Positions 24,901 to 37,699 of a stretch of 64,000 bases of DNA are shown here, in pieces. The notes under the pieces were generated by a model, which was not told the DNA's origin, searched no databases, and saw only the letters and a list, made by a program, of their open reading frames with translations. Every line of letters begins with the position of its first letter. Position 1 is the first letter of the stretch. Origin of the DNA: Gekko japonicus. Lineage: Eukaryota. Where the stretch lies: contig NW_015174296.1 of NCBI RefSeq assembly GCF_001447785.1, positions 517,862-581,861 on the forward strand, given 5' to 3'. The translations under genes and the position numbers were made by a program.

Positions 24901-27295
24901 ACCACGTTTAGACGCTCAAGCTAGTTGCAGTTCTTTGTGTCTATAAATACACGCATGTATATTTCGATATGCATGTCTGCATAAGATCCATAACAACATA
25001 CAGTGAACGTGCCCATTAAGCTACATAGAGATGTGTGTGTGTGCATTTCATTATGCATATATAAGATGCTTGTGTCTATTGTTAAGTTTTGCATGATACA
25101 AGATATACATACACCATGTGGAAATATAGTTGCAGAAATGTCATTGCTTTGTAATGCATAGTTGAACACCTCTTTATTTTAGTGCTGCTTGTTTGCTATA
25201 TTATGTTTAGTGTTGGTAACCTATATGGTAGTATGGAGTATTCCTGCAGTGACAGAAAACTGAAAATAGCCTTATCCCTGTATATAGCATTAGGCTCTCA
25301 CAGTTAAATAATTTGGCACATTCTTGCATCACACAGAAAGAAGTAGCAAAACAGTCAATCTAAACAATGTTTTGTTTATTTGTTTTGCAAATGAATTACA
25401 GAAATCTGGAGTCTTTCTAGTGATCTGCTGCTGTGTAGCCTATGCCTGGTAAATGACTCGCCTCTCTGTCGTCAGTCAGCTAGAGTATTAAAGGTGTGCC
25501 AAGGAATAGTGCTGAAGTGTAGTTTGTGTGAGTGCATCGAGGACTCTCCGTGGTGCTGCTGCCCTGGCTCCTTGTCCATATAAGGAAGTAGCACTATGGA
25601 GAGCTCTTGGCAGCCTCTGATTCTTCTGCCCAACCAGCCTGGGATCGCTTTCTCGCCCTGCATGTATGGAGCCTGCTCTCTTCACCTAGTTCTCTTGTAT
25701 ACATCCCAGCAACATTCCCCTTCTTTTATGTGCATCTGAGTAAGATCTGCACAATGATGAGGCATGGCAGAGCGATGGAATTTTGTGGCTGGAAGAAAGT
25801 GCAGATGGTGTTTAGATTTTGAAAATGAGGAGCTCTGATCCCTTCAAGCAATATTATTATGCCTAGGATTGCTCAAGTACTAAACTTTTCAGATTATATT
25901 ATTGAATATATTCAATAAAGGCAGCATGTTGAATTAATACCAATCTGTGTACACACTTTTATCTGATTTCTAATGGATTAGAAGTAAAGTATTTCTACAT
26001 CATGGCCCACATGCAAAATACTGACTTCCTTTTTGCTCCTGTTGTCAGAGGTGGTTTTCTAAAGATGGTCAAATCCAGGGCCTGATCCCAACATATATTT
26101 TTAATACATTTATGACAATGGTATGCCCTGTAAAGCAGTCTTCTATGACACACAGTCTCTTAAATTTACGTATCATAGTGTTTATATAGAAAGGGGTATG
26201 CCAGTGTGATAAACAGTAACCGATTTTCTAGATTACATATAAGGCATATTGGGATAAGCTTGTATATTGTCAGAAAGGCAGTCTGAGTTTCTACTAGAAA
26301 AAGCTAACACAAACAAACAGGAAAGGCAGTTTCCCCACTCTGTGTGCCTACTTATTAACAATATATCTTTTGTTATAGAAGTCAGGGTTTCTAGGTGAGA
26401 TGTGTAACACAGTATGTGAGGAAATTATTTCTGTATATATAAATGCACATAAAATCTCCTAACCAGACATATGAGTGTGGTTCTGAATGGCAAATCCCAC
26501 AAAGGGCAAGAATATGCATATATTACGTAAATGCTGTCAGCCATTGGATTTGAATACAGCAGTATACTGCAAACATAAAGATTAGGAAACATCTGTTGCT
26601 AGGGAAAGCAATGGCTGGAGTCAGATACCAGAGGGTGGGATTTGATTATTCAAAATGAACAAGTCTTAATAATCACCTGCTTTTTAAAAAAAAAATCTGT
26701 TTTGTGTGTATTCTACATGACTAGTGGATTTCTCTTATTAACATTAGTATTTTTGTAAGCCTAAGAGATCTGTGTTTGTCCTAGGGCAGTGTGTACAAGT
26801 TTCAGTGTACAGAGGATGTTGTCTGATGTAAACTTCGTCTCCATGAACAAGGAATTCCAGGGTGTTTCAGGCCCATCTTTTCTCTTGGCTATCTGGAATC
26901 ATTCATAGGTTACAGTGTTTCTTTGCTATTCTTTGAGACTTTGGTTTTCCAAATATATTCCACATCATTACAGGTTATCAGGGATTCTGCCATGAGAAGA
27001 TTGATAAAGACAGAAAAATTGGTCTCCGTGCAACTTTCTCAGGGTCTTAAAGAGTCAGTGTCCTCAAACACAGTGATTGCCCTGCTTACCACTGGCTCTG
27101 CACTGTTGTTGCTGACAGCATAGCCAGGCTGGGGGGAGGTGCTGGAGGGGGGCATGATGGGGCAGTTGATAGCTGGTGACATTTCAGTCTCTTGTTTGCC
27201 CTGATTATCCATGCCCTATAAATGCCTTGCGAGAGAGTCCATAGGCAAGACAACTATTTCAGTTGAATAGGCTCTAACACAGGGAGGCAAAAGTG

Positions 27296-27382
27296 TTGCT
27301 TTTACCTTGGTACTGCTTTCCATAGACGTTATGGATGTTATATGCTTTTACCTTGGTACTGCTTTCCATAGATGTTATGGAT
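27296..27382 (+). repeat. About 47-bp tandem duplication
   Basis: TGCTTTTACCTTGGTACTGCTTTCCATAGA(C/T)GTTATGGAT occurs twice. Confidence 0.85.
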
Positions 27383-29895
27383 AGCCTTTCTGCCCCTGTC
27401 CTCAGCCACCTACCAACATGAGCTATCTTTCACACATGTACATTCTGCTCAAAAATATGTATGTTTATGCACATGCAAAACTTAATTTCTTTATGGTTTA
27501 CACGCATACACAAATAGGTAATGGGCTCACACAAAAATATCACCTCTTTGTTCTTCCGTACAAACCTGTGTAACAAATATGAAACCAAACACCGTACGCT
27601 ACTCATAATTCTTGCATCCCACCAACCCCATTTATTCATTTGGCTGTTGTTCCCTTTAGGCAAACTATAATGGCAACTTTGAGTCGTGCTTTTAGGAGAA
27701 AGGCAGAAGTGTTTTAACAAAAATAATGCTAAAAAAATCACTATACGCTTTAAAAAAATGTTTGAACATTTTAATGAGGAAAGGTTTGGTGAAAGTATCC
27801 TTCTGGTGTTCTTGCTGCCTTTATGGAATGCTGGTTGATATGAAAAATAAACATTAAAGCTGGTTAGATGTAAAAACAGATGTATGCCCACATTTGTCTG
27901 TTGTTGTGCCAAATTTTTATATAGAAGGGCAAATCTGTGCATCACACTGAAAGCCAGCATATATCTGTGCTTTCAACTAAAATGAACAAATATAAAAATC
28001 ATTAATAGGGTAAGGGGTCCCACAGCAGAAAAAAGTGATATATCAAGCTTCCCTAAGGCATGAATTATGCGTGATGTAGGCCAAGAAGGAAGTGCAAGAT
28101 GTGCCACCACTGTACTTATGCTGCAAATTATGGACCAGAACATCTGCAGCATGTATTTAAACATGACTGAGTAAGCTCTTTGCCTATGGCCCACATTGCA
28201 TACAAATTGGGACTGAATTTTTTTAAAAAAATCTGAAAAGTGATGCCGTATCTCTGGATCAGATAGATTAAGCAGGGGTTCCTGATCCTGCCAGAGTTTG
28301 TTGGTTCTGCTTCTGCTCTGTGGTGTGTCTTACGAATGTATGAACAAATCTTATTGACAGTTTGCTTTATCATAATGTATGAGACCTTCAGAGTACATCC
28401 TGCCCTACAAATTTTAGCCTTGTTTATGAAAAATTATGTGAGTGTGTATATGTTTATTTTAACATGCACTCTGTCCTTTGCCTTTGAAAAAACTTTACAA
28501 GGCTGTTTGTAAATGGAATGAAGATTATCTCCTGGTTCTTTCACCTCTGTTCAATTTCATTTTTGGGGAGAACTACCAACTTTTGATTCTGTATGCACAG
28601 CCACTAATGCAGATTAGGACCTTCATTCTACTATAAGAAACTGGGAGAACTAACTTCAGCCTCTCTTAATTAGGACTGTAAACTTTATGAAAAAGTAACT
28701 AATCTGTGCTGTGATGTTGATAAAGTTCCTTTAGCATTTATTAGTGTTCTTAATGTTGTTCTTCTTGTTGATAAGTTTCCATTCATGGCCTACTTTTTTG
28801 TTTCATTTCGCATATCCCCAGTAATGGTTATTGGCCCTCTTCTGTGGTTCTGGTGTTGTTTGTTGTATGTATTTTTATTGACTTAATTAATTTTGTTTTT
28901 AATTGCGCTAATGTTTTTATTGTGTTGCATTGGGGACCCTGATCAGATGAAAAGTTGGCATAAAATGTTTTAAATAAGTAAATTGATACTTCAGCTGTAA
29001 TGTCAGCTGACCTTGAGATGTGCTGTTTGCCCCCAGCTTTTTTGTTTGAAGCTATACTTTGGCTTTTTTTTTTTTTGCAGGACAGGTGTCATCTGATTTC
29101 TTACCTAATTATTTCTGACTATCTCTTGATTCTCCCTGGTCCTATACTTGGCATTTAGAGTTATTGCATTGAATTCAGTTCTTTTTATTATTACTTTGGT
29201 AACATTTCCAGTTGTATATATCATTTAAATAAAAATCTGAAAACTTTATAAAAAATCTTTAAGTTAATCTTAAAAGAGAACTTCCACTTTAAGACTGACC
29301 ATTGTGTTAATGCTACAGACTAATGCGGCTTGGCACAACTGGTCTAAGAAAGTTATCTCCTAATGGCTTTACTGATTCTCTCAAGCTGGCTATAACAGTG
29401 CTTATAAAATTAGCTTAAATGAGACTAGAGCCTTCTGCCCACAATAACTTTATTGGGTTTGTTGCAAGGACCATTTTAGTGATGGATTTCAGCTGTGCTG
29501 CCCATGTGTGCTGTGCTTCTAGTCCCATAAAGAAGACCAATTGCATTATTAGTATAAAATATGCATGTTTATGATGACACATGTTAAAATACTTTTTCAG
29601 GATTTTCCTTACCTGTCTCTGCTTCTCATTGCATTGTGTGGATTGTAGCTTTTTAAAAATATTTTTAGTTTCGATGTGAGGTGTGTCACTTTTTGCAACT
29701 GCCTAAAAAGCCTTTGTATATTCTTTACTGATATGCAATTTTTACCTTTAATGAATCAGTAAACTTCTATTATAAAAGCGGAAAATGATATACTCCAATT
29801 TATATACATAACCTGATATTTTACCTCCTTTTTTGGAATCCTAATTCTAAATGTAATTTCTAAAAAAAATCAGTCAATTTCTTTGCTTTCTCAAC

Positions 29896-30233
29896 TAGGG
29901 TTGCCAGGTCTTACTTGTTTGCCGGTGGGGGACTCCTGGCTTGGTCACAGGGTCTTCTGGCACCTGCGCAAAGTGTGCACACCGCAATGACATCACACAG
30001 AAGTGACGTCATTGCACTGGGCATGTAGTACAGGGGATGCTCTAGCATTTGGCTAAAAACTTCATGGTCACCATAGAGTTTTTAGTCAAATGCTAAAGTG
30101 TCCCCTGTGCGATGTGCCTGGCATGGTGGGGGTCTTCAGGGGTGGGGCTTCCTCATTGGCCAGCTGGCTGGCAGTGGCTTGGGACCCCTGAAATGGGAAA
30201 ACCGCCATCCCCATCAGGGGGTTGGCAACCCTA
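29896..30233. mobile_element. hAT-like MITE with TAGGGTTGCCA terminal inverted repeats
   Basis: TAGGGTTGCCA...TGGCAACCCTA with an internal palindromic segment. Confidence 0.7.
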
Positions 30234-30254
30234 TGTGAAACAAACTACAAAATG

Positions 30255-30440
30255 ATTGATTCAGGTGGGTAGCCATGTTGATCTGAAGCACCAGTACAAA
30301 GTTTGAGTCCAGTGGCACCTTTAAGACCAACAAAGTTTTATTCTGGGTATAAGCTTTTGTGTGCACATGCACATGAAAGCTTATACCCAGAATAAATCTT
30401 TGTTGGTCTTAAAGGTGCCACTGAACTCAAACTTTGTTCT
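30255..30440. mobile_element. Penelope-type terminus as a palindrome centred on hammerhead stem II
   Basis: 30297-30360 is the reverse complement of about 30373-30437; centre GTGTGCACATGCACATGAAAGCTTA. Confidence 0.75.
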
Positions 30441-31789
30441 ACAAAATGACTGGAAAGTGTTTTGAATGTTGTTTCCCCCCCCCCCAGATTGTTTTTGATC
30501 TCAGTACAGTGGATTCAGTGTTGATATAATATTTAGCACTTATGTAGTGCTTTCAGCATTCAAAGAGCCTCACATACATTATTTCAGTAATCCTTACTGT
30601 AAGATATGAGACCAGTATTTTCTCCATATTAAAGAGAGGTGAAAGCCAAGAATGGTTTTCTTAAGACACCTAGTGAGTTTGTGGTTCAGGTGAAATGGAG
30701 TCACGACTCTACATTTTACAAGACGTGAAATGTCTTCCCAGTAATGTGGCCCATTTACTCTATTTTTTTCAGAAAGTGGATAGATTAAGTCCATATTCAT
30801 GATTTGGTTGTGGCTGGACTCTTTTTCAGAGCCTTCCACCGTAAATGCAAATGAAGGTGACTGTATTGTCAACCTACTTGTAGAGGATTTTGTGAGGATG
30901 TACTGTCTTTGTGGCCATTCTCAGCCAAACATGAAAAGGATTGTATGTTCTGGTCCATGGATAGATGGACTAATCTAACCTCCACTAAAAGTAGAAAAAA
31001 ATAGAAGAGTTGAATTAAATTCCTAGTAGGATTGTGCTCTTGGAATCTCATTTGTTCCAGTGAAACTTGAACAGGAGATGTACAAGGTCAGTTCAGGTTC
31101 AGTGGAAACTGTTTGCACTAAACACTATGTGGAAGCAAGCTGTAGTGGCTGTCTGCAAAACTAACCCCCACCCCTCTCAAAAACCTAATTATTTAGCCAG
31201 TCTTCAAAAAAAATTCAGAGATATGCCAGTTTATCAGAAAGTAAGAAAAAACTCAGAAGAAAGTCTCTGAAAATGGAAAATTTATACCCATGGGGAGATA
31301 TTGAATGAGTAGCAAAAGACTGGCAATAGTGTAAGGGTGAGTGCAGGTTAGATTATATACTGCTTAGGGCAGGACAGTGTAACATTCTGGGTTGGAGGGG
31401 TTGTTGGTGATTTGTATGACTACCACATCTATTTCCCTTCTGAGGTGGACTGACTGTTCATGTCAGTCTTGTTGTATGGCATGAACCTGTAAATGCATTT
31501 ATAAATTCTTGCAGTTGAGTATGTGATGGGTATGCGAGAACCAAGTTACTTTTGACTTTCTCATGAGCCAGCCTACCTTGTCGCAGGCATGTAAAACTGA
31601 AAGTTCCTGAAGTGGTTCCTGGTTCTTATATATTTCAGACATTAAAGGCTGGCTTAAACAGGGTGATTCCTCTCATCTGTTAGTGTGACTCCATTCCTAG
31701 GAAGGATCTGTGGATGGAATTCACCCTACTATTGTATGAAATTTGCACTGGTGCACTGTTCTGTGACTGTTGCCTTCATAATTCCTTGT

Positions 31790-31930
31790 ATAATGAGAAG
31801 TCACTACTTTTTCTGTTTTATGAATAGGAAACTGTGCCCATGACATAAATGACTTGTTCAAGGCTACACTATGAGTGTTATGGGTCTTGAATTCAAGCCT
31901 AACTGTATGTCCATTAGAACACATTATTTT
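31790..31930 (-). mobile_element. Old MIR/CORE-SINE fragment
   Basis: AGGAAACTGTGCCCA...GACTTGTTCAAGGCTACAC resembles the MIR core in reverse. A similar piece lies at about 30540-30720. Confidence 0.5.
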
Positions 31931-32099
31931 ACTCTGGCCAAGACATCATCTGCTTCAGAAGATCTTAAACTATCAGACCTCAGGGTCTGATAGTTGGAAA
32001 GCAAAATCCAAGAGAAACTGTAATATATCTTTCTGTGTATTTATATTGCACTAATAAAGCTTGTTTTTGTATTTCCAGGCTAGCAGACTCAAATTTAAA

Positions 32100-32723
32100 A
32101 TGGAAGTTGACATTAATGGAGAGTCCAGGTCTATCTTAGCTACTCTCCCTCTGTCTATTGCTGAGGTGGGTGCCTCAGGCAAGGTAGACTCAGAAAAACC
32201 TCGTTGTTCCAGCACTCCATGTTCACCAATGCGGCAGACTGTTTCAGGCTATCAGATCCTCCACATGGATTCTAACTATTTGGTCGGTTTCACAACTGGG
32301 GAGGAGCTCTTGAAGTTAGCCCAGAAGTGCACTGTAGGTGAGGAGAACAAAGTTGAAGTGCTGCCTACCTTGCGCTCCAAACAGCTTGATTCAGGACTAT
32401 CCCGTTCCTCACGGGTGTATAAAGCTAGAAGCAGATATTACCAGCCTTATGAAATCCCAGCCATCAATGGTCGGAGAAGGCGACGAATGCCTAGCTCAGG
32501 GGATAAATGCACCAAGCCACTACTTTATGAACCCTACAAGGCTTTTCATGGTCCTTTGCCTCTTTGCCTTTTCAAGGGTAAAAGGGCTCACTCTAAATCT
32601 CTAGACTACCTCAATTTAGATAGAATGAACATCAAGGAACCAGCTGACACAGAAGTGCTTCAGTATCAGCTCCAACACCTGACCCTAAGAGGGGACCGTA
32701 TGTTTGCTAGGAACAGCACATGA
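32100..32723 (+). CDS. MACIR: Macrophage immunometabolism regulator (C5orf30, UNC119-binding protein), 207 aa, single coding exon
   Basis: MEVDINGESRS...EKPRCSSTPCSPMR.TVSGYQILHMDSNYLVGFTTGEELLKLAQKC...HSKSLDYLNLD...EVLQYQLQHLTLRGDR matches vertebrate C5orf30 as I recall it. Splice acceptor TTTGTATTTCCAG|G at 32078/32079. The true ATG is at 32100; the ORF-track start at 32061 is intronic. Confidence 0.97.
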   Translation: MEVDINGESRSILATLPLSIAEVGASGKVDSEKPRCSSTPCSPMRQTVSGYQILHMDSNYLVGFTTGEELLKLAQKCTVGEENKVEVLPTLRSKQLDSGLSRSSRVYKARSRYYQPYEIPAINGRRRRRMPSSGDKCTKPLLYEPYKAFHGPLPLCLFKGKRAHSKSLDYLNLDRMNIKEPADTEVLQYQLQHLTLRGDRMFARNST

Positions 32724-34285
32724 AGATAAATTATCCTTGGTTCTTTGTTGCATCAGGATCCTCTGTACAATCTGGACAGACTTGCACATGGTACTTAGTT
32801 CCCATCAGCAGACCATAATTTAAATGCATAAGATTATGAAGATGGCGCAGAGGGGAAAAAGTCATATGGAAGGAACTACTGGACAATCCTGACTGCAGAT
32901 GTCTTTAGAAGACTATAACAAAACAGAAGGTTTTGCACAAGGAAAACTGAGATCCATGGGGATGTAACAGAAATTGATGTACTGTGTGACTTGTTCTGAA
33001 CTGGGCTTGCTGTAAGAAATTACTCATGGATAAGCACTGAAATACACTCTTAATTCTTAATGTTAAACATATGTATGTATGCAACAACTTTTTGCATTGT
33101 AGAAAAGAAAATGTTTGAATAGAACCACCTGTTCTTTAAAATAACCCAGTTTACATTACTTGTAACTGAATTTGCACTGGGAACGAAATGAATCACTGAT
33201 GAAATTAAGCCTGAGAGCTTTGTACTTGTATTACTGGAGCTGACTTTTTAAAAGTGTATCTGGATTAGTTTTCATATTTCAAAGTGATTTCAATGTAAAT
33301 TTAAAAAACTGTTTAAGAGAAAAATGAAAAATTACTTGGAAAGCAAACATTAATTGTTTGAAAAATTTAGTACCTTCATTTTTAAAAAAGTCTTAATTCC
33401 TGCCTTGAAACCTTTACCTTTTATGTGTATATATATCATGAAAGTCTGCAACTGAATCTGCAGAATATGAAAGGAATTTTAGATTCCAGTGCTACCATAT
33501 TGCATAGTTATGACGATAGGTCTTACTAGACCACATTTTTAGCACTGTACTGGATTATTCCAGTTTATTTACAGCACTGAATACTACTTTTTAAATCTAG
33601 AGTGTGGGCTTTGATGAAAAAAAGCCTCAATCATTTCTATACTGGATTATAATTTATGTCAAATGCACTGGTTTAAATTGTTGTTTCAAGAAATCATCTC
33701 CAAACAAACCCTAATTTATCTATTCTAACTTCAGCATCTAAAATAATATGTAATTTTAAAATCTCTTTAAAACTTGCAGTTTGTTCCTGAAGCAGTGTGC
33801 AACCATGTTATGTTTTTGGTCCTTAATTACTTAGATGTGAAGGCTTAAAATGATTTTATTTGAAGGGGGGAGTGAGGGTTTAAATTATCTGTGAAGCCAA
33901 TAATTTATTGATCATTCCTCGGAAAGTCTTGACTTTTCTGAATGGAAAGGCCGGGTGGTTTGTTTGTTTGTTTGTTTTTTAAGAAGGAATGCACATGCTT
34001 TGGGAATAATGTTTCTTACTTTTTCCCACTCACCATGTAGAATCTGTGGATAGTTTTTTTGTTTAAATTTAAGATGCTAGTAATTTTTACAGCAAGCTGC
34101 ACCATTCTACTGTAGTGAGAAATGATTTCTTAAACTGCTTGACATAGCATTTAGCGTGACCTGAGGGATACTGTCCAATGCCAAAGAAAGGGGTTTTACA
34201 CTTCATGATAAAACATTATTTATTGATTTACCCTTTGGAACGACACTGTTGGCTATGAAATAAAAGGGTGATGTGCATACCTCTA
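32724..34285 (+). other. MACIR: MACIR 3' UTR with polyadenylation signal
   Basis: AU-rich, TE-free stretch; AATAAA at 34259-34264 followed by a GT/T-rich element near 34290-34312. Confidence 0.6.
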
Positions 34286-36304
34286 TATGATTTTCTTGTG
34301 TTTTGCTGTTGTGCATGATGGATAGTGAATCCTGCTAAAGTGTAACATTTTGTAGGCTTCCTCAGAAATCCTATGGAACTTGAAGCAACCTTTTCTGTGA
34401 TTGGCAGTGACACTTATTTCCTGATGCTGTAATTGAAGAAATTGTTACTAGCTGTATTTGTATACAACCCAGTTTGAACTGCAGTATGATCTCATACATG
34501 GGAAATATTGTATGAAGAGGGTAAGCAAACAACTTGCATATGCAAACTTGTTCTTCATATTCTGTTGATAACTGCCTCTGTGTGACCAACTCCTTGTCCA
34601 TTCTTTTTTCCATACAGTCACTTCCCATGGGCTTTTAGAATTTCCTTTAACAATGAATTTTTAGCAGATCAGGTTCTTGTCATTTTGACTGTATGAAAGC
34701 TTAGGTGATCTCTGTGAAATCCATGGTTAGAAACTTGTTCTATTATTAGTTGGCTTTTTGAAACTGAGGACAAGAAAGAACCCTTTCTTATGTTGTTGGT
34801 TATTGAAATGGAGGCTGAATAATACTGCATTGTGAAAGCAAGATTTTGATGTGGAATTCTGAATTTAAAGCTTCTCTGTAGGTTGTGAATGATGTATTGG
34901 TATTGCAAAATAACCTTATTACACTTGTGTAAGAGAATCTGCTTACCCGAGAATTCTTGTTAACTAGTTATCAGTCCCAGTTCTCAGAAGTGGATCAGGA
35001 CATATGATTTCTCAAGCTAAGGTTCACCATCAGCAGCCTCAAGTTGCAAGCCATCTGCCTGGCATGCCACCACTTTGAAATTTGGCTTGAAGGAGCTCAT
35101 GTGATAATCCATGTAGAACACAGAGTAGTGTTGGCATATGTAAACATTCAAGTGATTCAAGCCCATGCCAGTCCACAGAGAAGCCAGTTCAGGGCTGGTA
35201 AACCTGTATACAGCAAGGGCAGAGATAACATTCAGGCCTGCTGGTGGAACAACCAGAGCCTGAATATGTGAATCTTCATCAGGAGGTATTCTGAACACTG
35301 GGCAGTTGCTGAAGATCAAAGATGCCACACAGCTTGCTTTGGAAACATTTGCCTTGGCAACTGCTACCTGTTCAAGATGTACAGGTAAGTAACAAATTAC
35401 AAATCACTTATAACATTAAACTACTCAAGCAAATGAAGCTTTCACTGCCCAGCTGAAATCCATATTCTGACATATTTTAGCCCTGGATTCCCCATAGACT
35501 TGCTTATTTACAATATGCTTTGTATTTGAAAATCCCCCAAGGTAACATACAAACCAATAAAAAGCATTATAAAAATACAATTGTATTAAAATAATTAAAA
35601 TATAGTAAAAATGGGTCTTAAACTTGTTTACCTTTGGACCCATTTTTGGCTCTGTCATTACACTTGATCAGTGCACATTTTTAATCAGGTTGAAAAGGGA
35701 CAAAGTAGCTACCTCACTGTCTCCTTCCTTAGCTTTTTCTGATAAATTGTAACCTTACAACCAGACAGTCAGAGAGAGCATTTTGAATCTGTTGGGACCT
35801 GGCAGAACACTGACAGTCAGAGATGATGGGGGGGGGGCATACCAGATGTTACCCTTTCACTCATTCCCACTTTCAAGCAGCTGGTAGTTTATACAGCTAG
35901 AAACTTTGCTGTTACTGATGACAGGGGCTTCCATCTTGGAAATGCACAGCAACAAATATAACCAGAGTGCCAGAGGAAAGCTCCTTGCACTGGGGGAAAG
36001 TCTGCTGTTACCAGAGCAGATTCATGAGATCCAACCCATTCTTTCTGAGTTAGCAGAGGGCAATTGATTCTTTTTTTAGTTAAAAAAAACTCTACCCCAA
36101 CTTGGAGAAGTGTAATCTCCTATAATTGATCTTGTGTGCAATTTCTTTATGGTTTTTGAGTATGTTATGGAACAAATAATATGCTCTTTTAAAATGATGA
36201 ATGGGGCAAAATCTCATATTTTACAGGTCTTTTGCTTTTCTATGGCCTGGAACTGGAGGCATGCTGTGGACAAGTAACTATGCCCCCCTTTGATCTGTGG
36301 CCAA

Positions 36305-36477
36305 ACCTCAGTGATAGAACATCTGCTTTTCATGCAGAAGGTCCCATGTTCAATCTCTGGAATCTCCAGTTCAATGGATCAGGTTGTAGGTGATGTCAAA
36401 GAACTCTGCATGTCAGAACAGACAAGTCTAGAGGAACCAATGGGCTGACTGAGTATAGGGCAGCTTCATGTGTTCAT
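36305..36477 (+). mobile_element. tRNA-derived SINE (second family; related pieces near 22850-23005 and 46990-47200)
   Basis: CTCAGTGATAGAACATCTGC...CAGAAGGTCCCATGTTCAATCTC is a tRNA-like head. Confidence 0.6.
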
Positions 36478-36949
36478 ATGTCCAGGTGCGTATGGTAATA
36501 AAACACCACAGCTACTTCAAATACGACATTTTACCTTAAGAGTTTTTTAATATATGTAATGACAGCAAAATAGGCACTTGTATCATACATAGCTGATGAA
36601 TGTGAACATTTTTATTCCTATAGCCCAAAACCATGGTTTATTGTAACTGAAAAACCAGGATTTACTGTGGAGATAATCATTCAATAGTGGTTTGCCGTGG
36701 CCTGGCAAATCCTGTTTTCAGAGCCTTCTCGCTTTCCCTTACCTTTCCATTGGCTGGTGGCACTGGGAGGGCAGGGAAGCCAGATCTTTGGTCACACTTA
36801 ATATGACAAGCGGCCACAGATCCATGTTCCCCTTCTTCAGGTACCCATGAAGGAAACTCCCTAGCATTTCACATTAACAGTTTCTTGGCACCAAACCCAG
36901 GAAAGAAACTTCCCACATTTACTTCTTGGTGCTGAGGCAGTGAGCAGTG

Positions 36950-37056
36950 ACTCACAAAAGCTCATACCCTGCCACAAATGTTGTCTTTAAGGTGCTACTG
37001 GACTCTTGCTCTTTTCTACTGCTACAGACAGACTAATGCGGCTACCCATCTTGATC
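36950..37056 (+). mobile_element. Penelope-like terminal fragment (related subfamily)
   Basis: AAAAGCTCATAC...TAAGGTGCTACTGGACTC...GCGGCTACCCATCTTGA. Confidence 0.6.
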
Positions 37057-37699
37057 CATTTACCCCCAACTCATCCAAAACCTCAAGGGCACAACAGTCA
37101 ACCCTCTCCCCCCACAAAGATGGAACAGCAGGGAACATTGGAGGAGGGGGATGTGTGGAGGAGGCATCCTGTGTGCTTTCCCTCTCTCTCAAAATTCTAG
37201 GGTCACTGTCTCTTTGAAAAAAGAATGCAGTACTTGTGGCAATAATTTTGTTGATGGAACACAGGCAGTAATGTAAGCTAGGGATTCATTGGCATTGCTT
37301 TTTCTCTCCCTGTGCATGCATGTAAACAGTATATTGGCAGTCCTTTTGCCCTTTAAGAAGGTGAAAGAAGAGAGACTGGGCTGTTGTGAGGCATACTAGG
37401 AGTCAAGGGTAAAGTCAGAGTGAATAATAGCAGGAGGTGATGAAAAGTGAGAAGCTTCAGTTTCAATCCACTCTAGCCATGCATCTCTGTCACTAGGGAG
37501 TGCACAAAGCAGTGCCAGCAAGCAAGCCAGGTTTAAGATAGGATGTCCCATGTTTGTATGTCACTTGAAACCATAAATAAGATTATCTTCAGTTAATCCA
37601 AAACATCAGCCAGGCAATTGCCCGGGTGTGTGTGTGTGTGCTGGATACAGGGATAATATCACTCCTGTGCTGAATTATCTGTACTCTTGTTTCCAGACA

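Noticed and set aside
27430-27960. 176-aa minus-strand ORF in the MACIR intron
   Set aside because: AT-rich, no motif and no splice context; likely chance.
32061-32099. N-terminal extension of MACIR (MFLYFQASRLKFK)
   Set aside because: Begins at TTG inside the polypyrimidine tract upstream of the splice acceptor; the conserved protein starts MEVDING.
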